A stretch of DNA of 64,000 nt, taken from the NCBI GenBank assembly GCA_963169345.1, contig CAUJCT010000058.1, positions 23,889 through 87,888 on the forward strand, read 5' to 3'. The translations under genes and the position numbers were made by a program. This document shows, in pieces, positions 36,858 through 46,569 of the stretch. The notes under the pieces were generated by a model, which saw only the letters and a program-made list of their open reading frames with translations, was not told where the DNA came from and made no database searches. The DNA comes from Bacteroidota bacterium. GTDB lineage: Bacteria > Bacteroidota > Bacteroidia > NS11-12g > UBA955. Every line of letters starts with the position of its first letter. Position 1 is the first letter of the stretch.

Positions 36858-37850
36858 ATGAATAAATCTCAAATAGCCGAAGCATATATACACCTGGGAA
36901 GATTGATTCAAATTATTCCGGAGCATATATTGGAAACAGCTTATCTGCAAAACAACTGGTTTACGGTTGCCAATATTCGCAAAGCCGCCGATGGTTGGGC
37001 CTATGCCCTAAGACCCGAAGCTGTTGAAAAATGGCTGAGTCATTGTACTTTTAAAGCCGATGACAAAAAAGTTGGTATCATCATGGCCGGCAATATTCCT
37101 TTTGTGGGTCTGCACGATTTATTGTGTGCTATTGCCTCGGGTCATCAGGTTCAGGTTAAATTATCATCACAGGATGAAGTTCTGATGGGGCATTTGATAG
37201 TGCTTCTTAAAGCTGAATTACCTGCCCTTGAGACACGTTTGCAGGTTGGTGAAAAACTGAATGGCATCGACTACCTTATTGCAACAGGTAGTAATAACTC
37301 CTCAAGGTACTTTGAATATTATTTCAGAAATATCCCTTCTTTAATCAGAAAAAACCGCACTTCACTGGCTGTGTTGAATGGCAGTGAGACCGATGATGAA
37401 CTGTTTGGACTAGCTGATGATATCTATACCTATTTTGGGTTAGGCTGCCGAAATATCACTCATTTGATGCTTCCAAAGTCTTTTGAGCTGAAACGCCTGT
37501 ACGAAGCTTATGATAAATACATAGACATTGTCAATCACCACAAGTACTACAACAATTATATGTATCACAAGTCGATTCTGCTGATGAACCTCACCAAACA
37601 TTACGATAACGGGTTTATGTTGTTTCAGGAAAAGGCAGATTTACATGCGCCAATTGCTACATTGAATTATCATTTCTACTCTGAGCCCTCAGAAGTGCAA
37701 TCCTATATAGAGGACAACAAAAATCAATTGCAATGTGTCGTATCTAAAATGGAGAGTATTGCAGGAGCAGTGCCATTCGGAAAAGCTCAACAACCGGAAT
37801 TATGGGACTACGCCGACGGTATTGATGTGATGGAGTTTTTGAAGAGTTAA
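36858..37850 (+). CDS. Acyl-CoA reductase (LuxC-like)
   Basis: Motifs GIIMAGNIPFVGLHD, IATGSNNSSRYFEYYF, YFGLGCRN, LWDYADGID. Confidence 0.88.
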   Translation: MNKSQIAEAYIHLGRLIQIIPEHILETAYLQNNWFTVANIRKAADGWAYALRPEAVEKWLSHCTFKADDKKVGIIMAGNIPFVGLHDLLCAIASGHQVQVKLSSQDEVLMGHLIVLLKAELPALETRLQVGEKLNGIDYLIATGSNNSSRYFEYYFRNIPSLIRKNRTSLAVLNGSETDDELFGLADDIYTYFGLGCRNITHLMLPKSFELKRLYEAYDKYIDIVNHHKYYNNYMYHKSILLMNLTKHYDNGFMLFQEKADLHAPIATLNYHFYSEPSEVQSYIEDNKNQLQCVVSKMESIAGAVPFGKAQQPELWDYADGIDVMEFLKS

Positions 37851-37982
37851 GTATAAATAGGGATTGCCTTTTTTAAGTCTTTCTATTTTTCAATAGTGAT
37901 ATTCTCACTGTTATACTCTGGCAATATCCGCTGAATGCTTGCGTTATTTAATAACTGTTTTTGCATTTAACTACTTGTTTTT

Positions 37983-38624
37983 ATGAAATCCTATTTCCCT
38001 TACATCTTTTTAATTGTTTTTTGGGCATGCAGCAATCCCAATTTTTATCATGTGAAGTCTGAACAAAATGATAAAAAACCACTAACTGAAGATGAAAAAT
38101 ACGAACGTTACTATGACAGTGTATATCCTTCATTATTAATATATGGAGGATTACCCGAACCTAAAGACAGGCAAAGGCAAATTGTAGATGAGTGGTATAA
38201 ATTCAGATTCATTGTCATGAGTTACCAATGTAACAATCCAGCGCCAAATTCTACTTATGAACACAATTTAAAAACAGACCATGTCATGTCAGAAAGATTT
38301 GGTTATAACTGGTATCAGAAATTTGAAAATTCAGTTGACAGTTTATATGCCATCGATTCATTCGCAGAAAAAATTGCTATTTCTGACTCCAGAATTCAAC
38401 GTTGGCTCCAAATACATGATTCATATAATCCGCAATATCAATTCTATCCAAATATTGAATTCCATTCACATTCAACTTTACACGATGATATTAAAATGGT
38501 CATATTTTCGGGCTATGCATTCATCTCTAAATCGGTTCAGCGAATTAATATGCTAAGAGCGACTGTCAACCTAAGAAAATCAAAGGTTGTTAATATTGAT
38601 AGCACTGCTTTTGCTTTCTTTTAA
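37983..38624 (+). CDS. Hypothetical lipoprotein
   Basis: 213 aa, lipobox-like FWAC at residue 16. Confidence 0.7.
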   Translation: MKSYFPYIFLIVFWACSNPNFYHVKSEQNDKKPLTEDEKYERYYDSVYPSLLIYGGLPEPKDRQRQIVDEWYKFRFIVMSYQCNNPAPNSTYEHNLKTDHVMSERFGYNWYQKFENSVDSLYAIDSFAEKIAISDSRIQRWLQIHDSYNPQYQFYPNIEFHSHSTLHDDIKMVIFSGYAFISKSVQRINMLRATVNLRKSKVVNIDSTAFAFF

Positions 38625-38774
38625 ATTGCAGCAGAATCTGAAGTCGTTTAAATCATGAAGCTTAAAGATTAATTACATTAATCACTTCTCAATTTTATAA
38701 TCCTCTCCTATTTGCCTTCCATTTGACTTTCGTCGAAAATGAATAAAAAAAGTTGTTTACAAAAAATCTATTAC

Positions 38775-38799
38775 TAACTTTGCATTACAAAGTACTTTG
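38775..38799. promoter_or_regulatory. -7 box (TAACTTTG) overlapped by an ACTTTG-N5-CAAAGT-ACTTTG operator-like array
   Basis: ACTTTG 38777-82, CAAAGT 38788-93, ACTTTG 38794-99. Confidence 0.6.
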
Positions 38800-38811
38800 A
38801 TGTAAGTCAAT

Positions 38812-39003
38812 ATGAAACATAAAATAAGCACCCCTATGATATTGTCGATGTCAATCGCAATTATTGGATTGATACTTCTGATTTTTATGATTATCTATGA
38901 AAGTGAACCGGGGCTATTGCCTTTAGTCTTAGTAGCCCTTGGTACTATATCCTTTTTGTATTTACGCAACTCTGATAAATCCAAATCAAATGAAATTAAA
39001 TAG
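38812..39003 (+). CDS. Small two-TM membrane protein
   Basis: 63 aa, two hydrophobic helices around a ESEPGLLPL turn. Confidence 0.7.
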   Translation: MKHKISTPMILSMSIAIIGLILLIFMIIYESEPGLLPLVLVALGTISFLYLRNSDKSKSNEIK

Positions 39004-39274
39004 AACAAAAATTCTCATCATCATCCCTTTAATCTTTCTCTCTATTCCTGCAATAGCCATGCTGTTTACTGATGAAGTCAACTGGACAATTTATGATTTC
39101 GTAATAATGGGTATCCTTCTTTACGGAACTGCTTTTACTTGTGAACTCATTTTGCGAATGAGTAAAAGCATGGCAGTGAAAATTGTGCTTTGTTCAATCA
39201 CAGTAATACTTCTTTTGTTGGTATGGGCTGAGCTGGCTGTTGGTATATTCAACACCAAATTTGCAGGCTCCTGA
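38990..39274 (+). CDS. Small three-TM membrane protein
   Basis: MKLNRTK...AMLFTDEVNWTIYDF...LLVWAELAVGIF. ATG at 38990 overlaps the previous gene's end. Confidence 0.78.
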   Translation: MKLNRTKILIIIPLIFLSIPAIAMLFTDEVNWTIYDFVIMGILLYGTAFTCELILRMSKSMAVKIVLCSITVILLLLVWAELAVGIFNTKFAGS

Positions 39275-39292
39275 TTAAATTTTAAATACACT

Positions 39293-39325
39293 AAAAAACA
39301 AAGACCCGAAATTTCTTCCGGGTCT
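39293..39325 (-). terminator. Rho-independent terminator after 39355..41913
   Basis: Minus strand AGACCCGGAAGAAATTTCGGGTCT followed by TTGTTTTTT. Confidence 0.75.
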
Positions 39326-39354
39326 CTGCAATTTATATTGAAAGTAGTATGTGT

Positions 39355-41913
39355 CTATTGTTTGATATAAGTACCGCCATAGTACTCGTTATTTTCAGTT
39401 ACTATTCTGACATGATATATACCGGCCGCCAAGTCTTTGGCATTTATCAGTAAGCCCGATTTATCGCCGTTTATTCTGTAAACTTCACGACCATTGTGAT
39501 CAAGTATGATGACTGTATAACTATCAACTGTAGCCTCAATACTCAGCTGATCGACGATTGGGTTAGGATAAACTTTCAATGCTCCGCTTAACACGTCATT
39601 AATGCTGGTTAAATTTGGTACTATGACCGTTTGAGTAGTTGAATCTTCACAACCTCTTGAGTTTTTAACATACAATTTCAGCGTGATATTGCTGTTATTG
39701 TAATCGCTCATATCTCTTTTAAAAGTATTGGTACTTCCGATTTGAGTTGTGTTAACAGTCCACTTGTAAACACTCATGGTATCGTTGTCTGCGTTGAAAG
39801 TATATTCTTTCCAGTTACGGGTATATCCAAATCCGGCATCTGCAGCCGGGTATAGAGTATAGCTAACAGGGCCATAAGATTTAGAACAACTGTTAAACTT
39901 ACCGATGGCTGTTAATTGATCACCTGAAACCAGACTTTGGAAGGTATAGAAAGAGTCAGGTGTGGTTTGCACCAACACATTGTTTTTGTAAAACTCGTAG
40001 CTGATATAACCTGAAGGCAATGTCATTTTATATGAATTTGAACAAGAGCCTATAGATTTAGCCGTAGAAGCTGTGGAATTATCAACCGGTTCATCAATGG
40101 TATATGGAATTTTTTCTACTATTGGCGGGCAAGTTGGACTTAAGCTGTCAACAATAGTTATAATCAAAGTATCCGACGCATTAGGTGTGAATTGGTAGGT
40201 TGTATCCTGACTAAACTGACCATTGTTGAAGGATACACTGTATTTGGATTTATATAATTCAAGTAAGCGTACGTTCATTTGATTGCCTTTACAGGTTCTG
40301 TCGTTGAAATCGACTATATAAGCCAGATTTGAACAAGCATTGGTGGTGACAGAAACAGTGGTGTCAGTGTAACCACATGGTCCGGGTTGGAAAGACCGAA
40401 TAGTAATATCGTATTTGGTTGCAGGATTTAAACCGGTAATATTTAAAGTACTATCGGAATCAGGCGACTGGAAATTAATCTTATTCAATGAATACTGGAC
40501 AAATACAATCTCCTTTTCATTGTCCCATGCCAGGTGAATACTGCTGGTAGTTTTGCTGATGCTGATTGCTTTTGGCATCAGTTTTTTAAAGTACTTTAAA
40601 GATATTGAATTCGATTGTGCAGTGACGCATTTATTGATACTCTTACCAATTGCATAAATATTTACATCGGTATTGGTCGTATGGTCATAGGTTAAACTTT
40701 TCGACCTTTGAACAACAACACCATTCCTGTACCAGATGACACTATCCAGATTGGCTCCGGAAGCTGTAAAAGTAACCGTACCAGGCGAACAAATACTATC
40801 AGAATTACCAGATCTGCTAATGCTGATGCTTGGTTTAGGATACCAGCTGAGCTTAAATGGCCCTGAAGTATTGGAGCATCCTGAAGTAGATGAAGTCACT
40901 TTCACTCTGTATTGAATAGAAGTATCTTTCACATAAACACTTCTTGTAGTTGCATTGTTATGTTGCCATTGGTAGGTGATGCTGGCTCCGGTATTGGCGG
41001 TTAACAAGAGTGAATCACCCTGACATACCGAACCTGTGGAACCATTGACTATACTGGCAGAAGGTTGAGCCAATACGGTAAATGTAACTGTATCAGGTTC
41101 ACTGGTTCCTTTGGCATTTTTAACAGTTAAAATCGCTTGTTTAACACCCGGTGAAAGATAGGAAACAGTTGGATTCTGACTGGAACTGCTGGAAGGATTG
41201 CCCCCTGTGAGTTTCCATGTATAAGTTGTTGGCGAATTAGTCCCTGATCCATTTAACTGTATGGAGGTATTGGTGCAATATGGAGCAGAACCTATACTGG
41301 CTGTAGCAACCGGCAATAGAGTTGAAGGAGATATTTCGAATGTTTTAGCATGAATTTGATCTCCTGCATCACTTGAACCATTGTCATTGGTAGACATTAC
41401 AATGACATAAAATTTCACTTTTCCAACATTATTGGATGGTGCTTTCCACTGAAATGTCCAATTGGTACTGTCTGTTGCAACAGTTGATGTTCCGGCATTG
41501 GTATGTTGTATATACTGCCTGGTTTGACCGCTTATAGTAGCTGTGAATTTGCTGTTTCTGGAACCAACTGCTGTCAATGTCCCAACAGGATTATTATTCA
41601 AATCAAGCACTGTGGTTAAAAATCCAAATTTTTTAATACCAGTTTGTTTGTGGCTGATAGTAATGTTGTATGTAGAATCAGGAATATATCCGTTTCCTGT
41701 AAAATCTCCTTTTAATAAAACTCTGTTCCAGTTTGTGCCGGAAGTAATCAATGAACCTCCGTGACAAGATGTGCAAGTACTGGGCTCACCGGGAGCATTG
41801 GCATAGGGGCCGCTTGGACCAAAAGCACTGTTAACAGCGCTGGTTAAAATAACAATAAAGGATAGTCCAACTAATAAATTTCGAATGTAAAGTTTACTCA
41901 TAATCGCTGACAA
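39355..41913 (-). CDS. T9SS type A cargo with N-terminal Reeler-like (choice-of-anchor V-like) domain, PKD and FN3-like domains
   Basis: APGEPSTCTSCHGG, WTFQWKAP, PKD WKLTGGNPSSS, FN3 LNPATKYDITIRS, CTD VYPNPI...AAGIYHVRI. Confidence 0.82.
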   Translation of the reverse strand: MSAIMSKLYIRNLLVGLSFIVILTSAVNSAFGPSGPYANAPGEPSTCTSCHGGSLITSGTNWNRVLLKGDFTGNGYIPDSTYNITISHKQTGIKKFGFLTTVLDLNNNPVGTLTAVGSRNSKFTATISGQTRQYIQHTNAGTSTVATDSTNWTFQWKAPSNNVGKVKFYVIVMSTNDNGSSDAGDQIHAKTFEISPSTLLPVATASIGSAPYCTNTSIQLNGSGTNSPTTYTWKLTGGNPSSSSSQNPTVSYLSPGVKQAILTVKNAKGTSEPDTVTFTVLAQPSASIVNGSTGSVCQGDSLLLTANTGASITYQWQHNNATTRSVYVKDTSIQYRVKVTSSTSGCSNTSGPFKLSWYPKPSISISRSGNSDSICSPGTVTFTASGANLDSVIWYRNGVVVQRSKSLTYDHTTNTDVNIYAIGKSINKCVTAQSNSISLKYFKKLMPKAISISKTTSSIHLAWDNEKEIVFVQYSLNKINFQSPDSDSTLNITGLNPATKYDITIRSFQPGPCGYTDTTVSVTTNACSNLAYIVDFNDRTCKGNQMNVRLLELYKSKYSVSFNNGQFSQDTTYQFTPNASDTLIITIVDSLSPTCPPIVEKIPYTIDEPVDNSTASTAKSIGSCSNSYKMTLPSGYISYEFYKNNVLVQTTPDSFYTFQSLVSGDQLTAIGKFNSCSKSYGPVSYTLYPAADAGFGYTRNWKEYTFNADNDTMSVYKWTVNTTQIGSTNTFKRDMSDYNNSNITLKLYVKNSRGCEDSTTQTVIVPNLTSINDVLSGALKVYPNPIVDQLSIEATVDSYTVIILDHNGREVYRINGDKSGLLINAKDLAAGIYHVRIVTENNEYYGGTYIKQ

Positions 41914-41995
41914 ATTTCATCATACTTTGGTAAAATTTGTTGCAACAATTTAAAATTTGACCCATCAATGACAAACAAGGTCGAAAATAACAATT

Positions 41996-42565
41996 CTATG
42001 ACAAACGATGTGAAATAATTTCTTCAACTTTTTGAAATAGTTGAACAGGACTGTTTTTGCGCCATTGAAATACATCCAGTTCTCCACCAAAATTCAGATA
42101 GTAATCGGCTTTACAGTGTTTAAATTCTTCAATAACATGTTCTCTGAAGTTGACCAATGCGATCCAGCCTTCATCTTCAATTTCTGAATACCATTCTTCG
42201 TAATAACTATCATCAGAACTGTGAAAATTCAACACGTTTTCACCTATTAGTATAAATTTAGAAATACCTTGATCTTCCAGAATTTCGATGACCTCTCTTT
42301 TTAAGGTCATAATATCATTATGAATGACATCGTTCCATTCGCCAATGAATTCGATGATGCAATAACCCTGTTCATAGTCGGCAAAGAGAATTTTTAAATA
42401 CAAGGTACCGGAACCAAAATTATCCCACTGAGGGTGTATCAGGTAATTATAAACTGTATTTTCAAAAACAAATTCGCTGTGCACTCTTTCATAAAATGGA
42501 GAGTACTCATCTTCTTCGGAGTTATAAAGATGCAACCAGTTATAATATGGCTCTATATCGTGCAT
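41996..42565 (-). CDS. Acidic, aromatic-rich hypothetical protein
   Basis: 189 aa clean ORF (MHDIEPYYNW...HPQWDNFGS.TLYLK...GEWND). TATTTTTG box 6 nt upstream. Confidence 0.8.
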   Translation of the reverse strand: MHDIEPYYNWLHLYNSEEDEYSPFYERVHSEFVFENTVYNYLIHPQWDNFGSGTLYLKILFADYEQGYCIIEFIGEWNDVIHNDIMTLKREVIEILEDQGISKFILIGENVLNFHSSDDSYYEEWYSEIEDEGWIALVNFREHVIEEFKHCKADYYLNFGGELDVFQWRKNSPVQLFQKVEEIISHRLS

Positions 42566-42713
42566 TCACTGCAAAAATAAGAAATATAAGTAAGACAAAT
42601 ATGAGCTGAATGAAAAGTTATTCTTTATTAATTGGATTAAGATTAATAGTTTAGAATTTCTAAATTGGAAACGTTCGACTTTTTAGAATTATTATTTAAT
42701 AATTACGAGGAGG

Positions 42714-43258
42714 GAGATCGCAGAACAAGGGCAGAACACGCAGAAACCGCAGAAATGTATTTTTTTCTTTGACACGGCCAGGGTTTGCTTGCGCAAACTG
42801 GAAGGCGCTGATGCCAACGTGAGGTAGATCGCAGAATTGGGGCGGAAAACGCAGAAAACACAGAAAGAGAAGAGGCCTTTGATACGGCAAGGGTTTGCTT
42901 GCGCATACGGAAGGCGCGGAAACTGGATTGCAGATTAACTTTAAAGCTTATCGATAAACTCTACGACTTAACGACTTAACAACTCAACGACTTTACAGCG
43001 CAGCATTACGACTTAACCTTTCTTGAGCGTCGCGATCAGCCTGAGGCTGACAGGTAACGACGACGCCTACGGAAGCTACAAAAATGATTCAGGACTTTAA
43101 TTGCAGATTGTTTAAAGTCTATCGACAAGCTAAACGTCTTAACAGCGTAGCTTTACGACTTAACGACTTAACGACTTAACGACTTAACAGCAAAAGGCTT
43201 TAGCTTTTCAGCTATTCAGCTTTTCAGCTATTCAGCCCTTCAGCTATCCAGCTATTCA
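42714..43258. repeat. Composite intergenic repeat, copy D (inverted relative to A-C)
   Basis: Cores 42769-42803 and 42879-42912, GACTTAAC arrays 42963-43017 and 43138-43190, 52 nt hairpin module 43025-43076 identical to copy C, TTCAGC octamer array 43197-43258. Confidence 0.92.
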
Positions 43259-43327
43259 TCTTTTTTTCCCCCAAGTTTGATTTTTAGGTACGAAAAGCAT
43301 TATTTTGCAAATCTTTTTAAAAATTTT

Positions 43328-45421
43328 ATGGCAGTATTAAATAAGTTAAGAAATTCTACTTGGGTACTCATCGTTGTTCTGGTGTCTTTGGGTCTATTTG
43401 TTGCCAGCGACTACTTCAGTTCAAGAAAGTATAGCTTTGGTGGCGATCAGAATGTAGGTGAGATCAATGGTGAAGCAATTTCCTATCTTGATTACGAAGC
43501 AAAGTACAAGCAAATCCTGAATCAGATTACAGATGGTGGTCCTGAAACTGAAGAAAAAAAGGATCAAGCCGCGATGTATGCCTGGAATCAAATCATCCAG
43601 GAATTTATCATTGACAAAGAATACGATAAATTAGGTATTGACATTTCTGATGCTGAAGCAGGTTCTCTCTTATACTCTGAAAATGCTCACCCTACCATCA
43701 AACAATATTTCAGTCAAAATGGTCAATTTTCACCAAGTAATGTGACCAATTTTGTTAAAGCTGCCAAAAAAGACCCTCGTTTGATGAGCCAGTTTGAATT
43801 AATCGTTGGCCAAATTATTACTGAGGTTAAATACAGAAAGTACAACTCCCTGATTTCAAAATCTCTTTATGCTACTTCTTTGGACGCTGAAGATGATATC
43901 ATTTCTTCTCAAAGTCAGTTGAATGGTAAATCCATTACGTTGAACTTTGCAACTATTGATGACAAAACCATCAAGTACACTGATGAAGACCTGAAAACTT
44001 ACATCAGCAAACACAAAGAAGACTTTAAACAAAAAGCTTCCAGAGATATAGAGTACATCCTTGTGGATGTTTCTCCAACATCAAAAGACACTATGGCTTT
44101 GGTTGAAAAACTTAAAGGCGAAATTGCTGCCTTCAATGCTGCTGAAAATGATTCTGACTTCGTTACTTTAAACAACAGTTTAACTGCTTACGACACCAAT
44201 TATCAGTCACATGGCCGTTACAGCAAAGAAATTGAAGCTAAACTATTCAGCGCTAAGAAAGACAGTGCTTTTGGACCTGTATTTTATGATGGTGCCTATA
44301 GCCTATTTAAAGTACTGGATGCCAAGAGAGATACCATTTTCTATTACCATGCTATTAAAGCCGAAGTTTCAATTCCGGGTACAACCAAAGCAGATACGCT
44401 TGAAGCATTGGAAAAAGGAAGACGTTTATTAGCTGAAGCTTCTGCATCTGCTAATCCTTTAGATTATCTGAATTCAAAAAGCAATACCGGTGAAATTATT
44501 TACGCTCAGGACCTTGGTTGGTTAAGAGACGGCAGTCAGATGGATGAAGTTAACAAAGCCGTAAGAGGCTTATCAGGCACCAGTGGTACTGTAGTTAAAA
44601 ATCCTTTTGGCATATCAATCGTTAAATTGGTAGAACCAAAATCATACGACCTGGTGAAGGTGGCTGAATTGAGATGGAAAGTGGAAGCTTTAAAAGAAAC
44701 GGATGAAGCTGCTCTTCAGAAAGCCAGTGATTTCAAAGCTGCTTTAACCGGTAAGTCTAAAGATGAATTCGATCAGATCACCAAAAAAATGGGTCTCAAC
44801 AAGAGTGTTGCCAACAACTTGAAAGAGTCTGATAAAACAGTTACTGCCATCCCTGGTACCAGAGATGTCATCCGTTGGGTATTCAATAATGACAGAGAAG
44901 AAGGTGATGTATCTGAAGTTATTTCATGTGAAAACCTTTATATCGTAGCTAAACTTTCTAAAATAAAAGAAGAAGGTACAGCTTCAGTTGATGACGTCAG
45001 AGAGAAAGTAACCAGATTGGTTATCAATGAAAAGAAAGCTGAAATACTGAAAGCTAAATTTGAAAAAGCAATGAAATCTTCAACTTCTATGGAGCAAATT
45101 GCTATTGGTGTAGAATCAATTGTACAGCCATTCAATAACATCAATTTCTATTCTACAAGTATTCCATTTGCAGGTAACGATCAAAAACTGATTGGATTTG
45201 TATGTGGTTTAAAAGTTAAGCAAATCAGTCGCCCTTACACCAGTAATGAAGGCGTTCACGTTATATTGGTTGAATCTTCTACTACTCCGCAAATTCCTGC
45301 TGACTTAAGCATTCAAAAACAAATGCTATTTGGACAGAAAAAACAACAGATATACAACTCTGTCACTGAATCTCTGAAAAGATATTTCAAAGTGAAAGAT
45401 GAGAGATATAAGTTCTTCTAA
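43328..45421 (+). CDS. ppiD: PpiD/SurA-N-domain periplasmic chaperone, peptidyl-prolyl isomerase
   Basis: N-terminal TM anchor (MAVLNKLRN...LFVASD), VGEINGEAISY, rotamase-like GEIIYAQDLGW. About 700 aa. Confidence 0.78.
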   Translation: MAVLNKLRNSTWVLIVVLVSLGLFVASDYFSSRKYSFGGDQNVGEINGEAISYLDYEAKYKQILNQITDGGPETEEKKDQAAMYAWNQIIQEFIIDKEYDKLGIDISDAEAGSLLYSENAHPTIKQYFSQNGQFSPSNVTNFVKAAKKDPRLMSQFELIVGQIITEVKYRKYNSLISKSLYATSLDAEDDIISSQSQLNGKSITLNFATIDDKTIKYTDEDLKTYISKHKEDFKQKASRDIEYILVDVSPTSKDTMALVEKLKGEIAAFNAAENDSDFVTLNNSLTAYDTNYQSHGRYSKEIEAKLFSAKKDSAFGPVFYDGAYSLFKVLDAKRDTIFYYHAIKAEVSIPGTTKADTLEALEKGRRLLAEASASANPLDYLNSKSNTGEIIYAQDLGWLRDGSQMDEVNKAVRGLSGTSGTVVKNPFGISIVKLVEPKSYDLVKVAELRWKVEALKETDEAALQKASDFKAALTGKSKDEFDQITKKMGLNKSVANNLKESDKTVTAIPGTRDVIRWVFNNDREEGDVSEVISCENLYIVAKLSKIKEEGTASVDDVREKVTRLVINEKKAEILKAKFEKAMKSSTSMEQIAIGVESIVQPFNNINFYSTSIPFAGNDQKLIGFVCGLKVKQISRPYTSNEGVHVILVESSTTPQIPADLSIQKQMLFGQKKQQIYNSVTESLKRYFKVKDERYKFF

Positions 45422-45435
45422 ACATTCATACCGTT

Positions 45436-46563
45436 ATGGAAACCTTAACTCACACCACCAACAGTTCTGAAACAAAGGATTTTTTACCTTTACACGGAAC
45501 TGATTACATAGAATTGTATGTGGGCAATGCCAAACAGGCTGCTCACTTTTATAAAACTGCATTTGGTTTTCAAAGTTTAGCCTATGCCGGCCCTGAAACT
45601 GGTATTAAAGACAGAGCCAGTTACGTTTTGGTTCAAAACAAAATGAGACTGGTATTGACAACTCCAATGCATTCTGACTCCGAAATAGCGCGTCATCACT
45701 GTAAACACGGCGACGGAGTTAAAACACTTGCCCTTATGGTGGACGATGCTTATGATGCCTTTGAACAAACCGTGAAAAGGGGTGGTAAGCCATACATGGA
45801 GCCTGTTACCTTAAAGGATGAACATGGTGAGCTTAAAATGAGTGGTATCCATACCTATGGCGAAGTCGTCCATTTATTTATAGAACGCAAAAACTATAAG
45901 GGTGTGTTTATGCCAGGTTACAAAGAATGGAAATCAACTTACAATCCTGAACCTACAGGCTTATTATACGTTGACCATTGTGTGGGAAATGTTGGCTGGA
46001 ACCAGATGAATCCATGGGTGAAGTTTTATGAAGATGTCATGGGATTCAAAAACATCCTTTCATTTGATGATAAGGATATTTCTACTGAATACTCTGCATT
46101 AATGAGTAAAGTGATGAGCAACGGCAATGGTTATGTTAAATTTCCTATTAATGAACCGGCCGAAGGTAAAAAGAAATCTCAGGTTGAAGAATACCTCGAA
46201 TTTTATGAAGGTGAAGGTACTCAGCATATTGCCATTGCTACTCAGGATATAGTCTCTACAGTTCGTCAGTTAATGGCCAGAGGTGTAGAGTTTTTAAAAG
46301 TTCCTTCCTCATATTACGATGATTTACTCGACAGAGTCGGTCCAATTGAAGAAGATCTGGAGCCTTTAAAAGAACTGGGCATACTGGTAGACAGGGATGA
46401 TGAAGGTTACCTTTTGCAGTTGTTTACCAAACCTGTTGAAGACCGCCCGACCATGTTTTACGAAATCATTCAGAGAAAAGGCGCCAAGTCATTTGGTAAA
46501 GGAAATTTCAAAGCTCTTTTTGAAGCAATCGAAAGAGAGCAGGAAGTTCGTGGTAACCTGTGA
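45436..46563 (+). CDS. hppD: 4-hydroxyphenylpyruvate dioxygenase
   Basis: Motifs HGDGVK, VDHCVGN, FPINEPA, GTQHIA, LLQLFT, FYEIIQRKG..FGKGNFKALFEAIEREQ. Confidence 0.97.
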   Translation: METLTHTTNSSETKDFLPLHGTDYIELYVGNAKQAAHFYKTAFGFQSLAYAGPETGIKDRASYVLVQNKMRLVLTTPMHSDSEIARHHCKHGDGVKTLALMVDDAYDAFEQTVKRGGKPYMEPVTLKDEHGELKMSGIHTYGEVVHLFIERKNYKGVFMPGYKEWKSTYNPEPTGLLYVDHCVGNVGWNQMNPWVKFYEDVMGFKNILSFDDKDISTEYSALMSKVMSNGNGYVKFPINEPAEGKKKSQVEEYLEFYEGEGTQHIAIATQDIVSTVRQLMARGVEFLKVPSSYYDDLLDRVGPIEEDLEPLKELGILVDRDDEGYLLQLFTKPVEDRPTMFYEIIQRKGAKSFGKGNFKALFEAIEREQEVRGNL

Positions 46564-46569
46564 TCTTCG

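Noticed and set aside
37861-37930. Loose long hairpin after the acyl-CoA reductase gene (GGATTGCC...GGCAATATCC)
   Set aside because: Short, imperfect arms in AT-rich DNA. It could be a weak terminator, but there is not enough support to call a feature.
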